DNA of 64,000 nt, taken from positions 310,001 to 374,000 of the forward strand of contig JABVCE010000010.1 in NCBI GenBank assembly GCA_014905635.1, given 5' to 3'. The notes below the pieces were generated by a model, which was not told the DNA's origin, made no database searches, and was given only the letters and a program-made list of their open reading frames with translations. The stretch is from Scenedesmus sp. PABB004. Its lineage: Eukaryota. The translations under genes and the position numbers were made by a program. Below are positions 59,309 through 64,000 of the stretch, piece after piece (the stretch's first letter is position 1; each line of letters opens with the position of its first letter).

Positions 59309-62167
59309 ATGCCGCAAGGTGCGCGACGCCGCGGCGCTCGCCGCCGCCGCCGCTGCCCGGCGCGGTGCCCGCCGCACGCGAGCGGCTCGTCGGCGTGGCG
59401 TGCCACTGGCAGCGCGTGGCGCCCGGCAGACGCGCGCCGGCGCAGGGGCTGCGCGGCGGCAGCGGCGCGCAACCGCCGCCGACAGCTGCGCCCGGCGCGC
59501 CCCCCGCTCCCCGCCGCCGCAGGGCGCGCGGAGGGGCTGGTGCTGGTGCTGCTGCTGGCGCTGGGCGCTCGCGGCGGCGGCGCGCAGGGCGCGTTCCTGG
59601 AGGCGGCGCTGCCGCTCCGGGTCGTTGCAACGACGCCGACCGAGCTGGGCGTGCACAGGCCCGGCGCGCCGCCGGTGCAGCTGCAGGGCCGGCAGGCGCT
59701 CACGGTGCGCGGGGCCGCCGCGCGCGGGGCGGCCTGCGCTGCCGGCCAGGGCTGGTCAGGCACAGCGCGCGCCGCGCCGCGCACCCACGCGCGCCGCGCC
59801 GCCGCGCAGGCCGTGTTCTCGCGCCCCGTCATCGCGCTGGGGTCGGACTTCGGCTCCGACTCGGCGCTGCCGCCGTCGCTCGTGCCGTTCAGCCTGACCT
59901 GCGGCAGCGTGCCCGGGCGGCTGCGCTGGGTCACGACGTCGATCGCGCGCTGGGACCCGGCCATCGACTGGCCCACCGACCTCGACTGCGCGCTCGCCTG
60001 GAACGCCGCGCTCGAGACGTTTGACGGCGCGCCGCTGGTGCTCGGCGGCGCGCCGGCGGCCGTGCCGCTCGCGACGGCGCCGCTCGTCGTCAGCCTGTCC
60101 GGCGTTGCGAGCCCCGCGGCGGCCGCGGCGACGGGCGACCAGTGGAGCGCGACGCTCGGCCTGCCCGACGACCGGCTGCCGGAGGTCCCGCCCGATGGTG
60201 CGTGCGGTGCTGCGCCGCGCGGGCCAGCTGCCGGCGCGGGGCCAGCTGCCGCCGCGCTGCGAGCGCACGGCTCACGCGCGCTCGCCGTCCCGCCCCGCGC
60301 CGCACACCCGCACCGCACCGCGTCAGCCAACATCACGCTCAGCTTCTCATACCCAGTCGACTTGGCCCGCCTCGCGGCGGCGCTCAAGGTCGCGGGCCCC
60401 GGCGGCGCGGGGCGCGCCGCGGCCGTGTCGCCGTGCGCGCCGGCGCCCCCGTCGCCGCCGTGGGCGCCCACCCCCGCCGCCGCCGCCGCCGGCGACGCGC
60501 TGGCGCTGAACAGCACCTGCGCCGTCGTGCGCATCATGCCAGGCCTCGCCGCCGGCGCGGCCGCGGCGCTGCGGCTGCCGGCGGGCGCGCGCTACTCGGC
60601 CGTCGCAGGGCCGGTCGCCAACGACACAGACGTGGCGGTGCGCGCGCGCCGCGCCGCGCGGCCCCGCCCCCGCGCCCGCGCGCCCTGCTCCCCCTCCGCG
60701 CCGGGCCTTGGCGACCGCGACCGCGCCCCGCGCCGCGCCGCGCCGCGCCGCGCCGCGCAGGTGTTTGGCCTGCGCGCGTTCCGCATCCCCCTGAGCTGGG
60801 ACTTCACAAACATCACCGCCCCCGGGCAGCCAGTGTACAACGGCGCGCGGTGCGCCGCCGCGCCACGCACTCGCACGCCCGCACGCGCCCGCGTGTGCGC
60901 GCCGCGCCGCTGCTGCGGGCTCAGCCGCGCTCGGCCTCGCCCGCGCCCGCGCCGCGCCAGGTACAACCGGCTGACGCTGTGGCTCCCGCATGGCCTCGCG
61001 CCGGGCGTGGGGCCGGAGGCGGTCAGGCCGCTCCTCTCGCTCTGCGCGCTGGGCAGCCCCTATTTTGACGGCGGCGCCTGCGCGCCGCTCGCGTTTGAGC
61101 TCACACGGCCGACCAACGGGACGCTGGTGTTGTCCGCGCCGGCGCTCACGCCGGGGCGGCGCTACCGGCTGGCCGTCAAGGCCGATCCGGCGGTGCGCCG
61201 GCGCGGCCCCTGCGCACGCGCGGCAGCCCTGCTCGCCCGGCGCCGCTCGCTCCACGCTCCACGCTCCGCGCTCACGACCGCGTGCGCGCGCACGCGCGCG
61301 CCCCGCGCAGGTCAAGGATGCGTTTGGGCTGCCGCTGCAGGCGAGCGCCAACGCGTGGTGGACGCTCGACCTCGAACCCGCGTTTGGCGGGCCCAGCCTC
61401 AACCAGCCGGTCGCGCTGCTCGAGGCGAACAAGCCCGACAGCCCCGCCCTGCCCTGGCCCTGGCTCTCGCGCGGCGCGGGCGAGCCGGGGCTGGACCGCG
61501 TGCAGGCGTGGGCGATCGACGCGCCGCCCGGCGGCGCCGCCGCGGGCGGCCCGCTCGCGCGCGCGCTCGCGGGCGCGACGAGCTACAGCGGCGTCGCGGC
61601 GGACGCGTTTGGCCCTGCCACGCCAGGTGCAGCGCGGGGCGGCGGCGCTGCGCGCCCGCGTGCGCGCCCGCGCGCGCGCCCGCGCGCGCGCGCACGCGCG
61701 CGGGCACACCGCGCGGCGCCCACCCCGCGCCGCCGCGCCGCCGCGCGCCCCAGTCGCGAGCTTGGCGCGCCCCACGACGCCCGCGCCCTCGTTCCAGACG
61801 CTGCCGCTGCGCGGCGGCCGCGGGCTCGCGTGGGTGGGCGCGTGCTGCCGCAACGCGACCTGGCCGGCCGCGCGCCGCGTCTTTGCGAGCAACCTCATCG
61901 TTGCCCAGAGCAACCTGCAGGTCGCGCTCGTGAGCGCCGGCGGGGAGGTTGTGGCGTGGGTGACGACTACGCAGGGCGCGAGCAAGCCCGTGGCGGGCGC
62001 GCGCGTGCAGGTCTTCTCCAGCGCCTACGGCCAGGTGCGTGTGTGCGTGTGTGCTGCGTGCGCTGTGTGTGCTGGGCTCATGTGCTGGGTTCATGTGCTG
62101 GGAGGGGTGAGGTTTGAGGCCGGCGGGTGCCCCGCCGCGCGCGCGGCCGCGGCGCGGCCGCCCCAGC

Positions 62168-62204
<37 letters not shown>

Positions 62205-64000
62205 GGACTCTGCGACGCCCGGCGCCGCCTGCACGACCGACGACGACGGCACGTGCGCACTCGACCTGCCGCCGCCGCCGGGCGGCGGCTACGACGGGAC
62301 GTCCAAGTCGGCGGTCGTGACGGCGGAGGGGCACGGCCCGCTCGTGCTGCCGAGCGTGGCGATCAGCTACGTGTCCCGCTGGCCCGCGCACGCGGCGGCG
62401 CTGGTGCTGGACCGCGCCGTCGTCAAGCCGGGCGACGCGCTGCACGTCACGGGTGCGCGCGCTGCTCCGGCCCCGTGGCACGGCCAGGCACGCTGGGCGC
62501 GCCGGCCCGCCGCGCCCGCCTCCTCACCTGCCGCCGCCCCTCGCCGCGCGCGCGGCCCGCCAGGCTTCATCCAGCGCCGCGATGGCACTGCGCTGCGCGT
62601 GGACCGCGGCCTGAAGTCGGTCGTCCTGCAAGTCAACCCCGGCTTTGGCGGCGCCGACGGCGACGGCGGCTCCACGCGCGTGACCGCGGCGGTCGACGCG
62701 TCGTTTGGCAGCGTGCACGCCGTCATCCCCGTCCCCCGCAACGCCACACCCGCGCAGTACACGCTGCAGCTGGTCGTGCCCGCGCCCGGCGCCGCGGCGC
62801 CCCCGCCCGGCGGCGCCGCGCCCGACGGTGTCATACCGCCGGCCGCGCCGCCGCCAGCGCCGCCGGCGCCAGAGGAGCTCGCCGCGACCGTGGGCTTTGC
62901 CGTGGCCGACCCGCGCCCGCCGACGGCGGCGCTCGTGCTGTCGGCGCCGCCGTGGGCGCGCCCGGCCGCCGCGGTGCCGGTCACGCTCGCCGCCGAGTCG
63001 TACCTCGGCACGGACGTTTCTGGCGCCAACGTCACGCTCGCCTGGGAGACGCGCCGCGCGCGCGGCAGCCTCGTGGCCACGACCAACGCCTCGGGCGTCG
63101 CCACGGCCGTGGTTGAGCTGGGCAAGCTGCCGGCCGCCAACGCGAGCGAGCCGGGCGACACCCTGACGCTCCGGGCGACCTGGATCGGCCCGACGCGCGA
63201 GGCGATCGTGCAGAGCAAGACCGTCAGGTGGGGCGGCGTGCGGCGCGGCTGCTGCTGCCGCTGCTGCGGCTGGCCGGCGCGGCGCGGCAGCAGCCGCTGC
63301 TGGCGCCGCCGCTGGCCGGCGCGGTCGGGCGCGAAACGGCGCGGGCCGGCGCCGCCGCCGCTGCGCGCTTGCAGGATCGAGGACGGCCCCGTGCGCGTGC
63401 AGCTGGCGCGCACGCTGCTGACCGACGTGCCCGGCATCCGCTGGGGCGTGCGTGCCGACGCGTTCAGCAACGACGACGACGCCCCGGTGCTCGGTGCGCG
63501 CGCGCGCGCGCCTTGGCGCATGCCGGCGCGCGCGGCACAGCGGATCCCGGCGCGCGCGCCGCCGCGCCGAGCGCGCCGACCCCGCGCGGCGCCCGCCCGC
63601 GCCCTGGCGGCGGCGCGCGCAGGCGTGGACGTGGACGTCACGCTGTCAGCGGCCAACGGCTCCGCGTCGCTCGCCAACTGCTCTGCGGCGGCGCGCGCGG
63701 CGCTCGCGGCGCAGCGCTGCGTGATCCGCTCCGGCGACGCCGCCGGCCCCGGCGCGTGCCAGCTCGCGCTGCCCTGCGCCGGCGAGTTTGAGCTGCGCGG
63801 CTGCGTCGCGGGCAGCGTCGCGGGCAGCTGCGGCCGGCCGCTGCGCCTCGGCCACAACGCGTCGTGGTGGGCGGCCAGCCCGTGGAGCACGCCGCCGCGG
63901 CTCAACCTGCTGGCTGATCGCCCCAACGTCACGCTCGGCGGCGAGGTGGCTCTGTCGGTGCAGAACCCCTGGTGGGGCCCCACAAGCGGCCTGCTGGTGT
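59309..64000 (+). CDS. Bacterial-type alpha-2-macroglobulin-like secreted protein, 5' part (runs off the window)
   Basis: Signal peptide LVLVLLLALG; FSRPV and GRLRWVTTSIARWDP; MG-like motifs VAWVT...PVAGARV, TTDDDG, LDRAVVKPGDALHVTG, FGS, FAVADPRPPT, SYLG..V.GA.V. About 11 introns. Confidence 0.72.

Noticed and set aside
1..64000. Hundreds of long overlapping Ala/Arg/Pro/Gly-rich ORFs in the six-frame track
   Set aside because: Stop codons are rare at this GC content. These are shadow frames or intron read-through with no protein-like motifs.

Overview
Very GC-rich (roughly 80% by eye), compact, intron-rich nuclear DNA of a chlorophyte green alga. The cytochrome c6 sequence is Scenedesmaceae-like. 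Most entries in the ORF track are GC-driven noise; real genes were reconstructed exon by exon. In order: an unknown protein, a MATE transporter, a conserved hypothetical protein, a TL17-like lumenal pentapeptide protein, a DUF1749 hydrolase, an ANT/WRI-like AP2 factor, TatD, an intronless secreted Cys-rich mosaic protein, an OPR/RAP-like protein, MMSDH (ALDH6B), an intronless unknown protein, a PB1-Raf kinase, DnaJ-B, an ODC-like protein, a G-patch protein, CYC6, RPL3, and the 5' part of a bacterial-type alpha-2-macroglobulin. The main finding is a duplication/inversion that fuses the TatD promoter and exon 1 in frame to an inverted AP2 copy, giving an apparently intact ~550-aa chimeric transcription factor. 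A truncated AP2 stub points antisense into it. Other points of interest: a second inverted partial duplication (MATE), an intronic pre-miRNA-like hairpin, an ODC homologue lacking the GPTCD catalytic motif, about 10% GC-AG introns, and clustered GTAC copper-response elements upstream of CYC6. All gene models and family calls were made by eye, without database searches.
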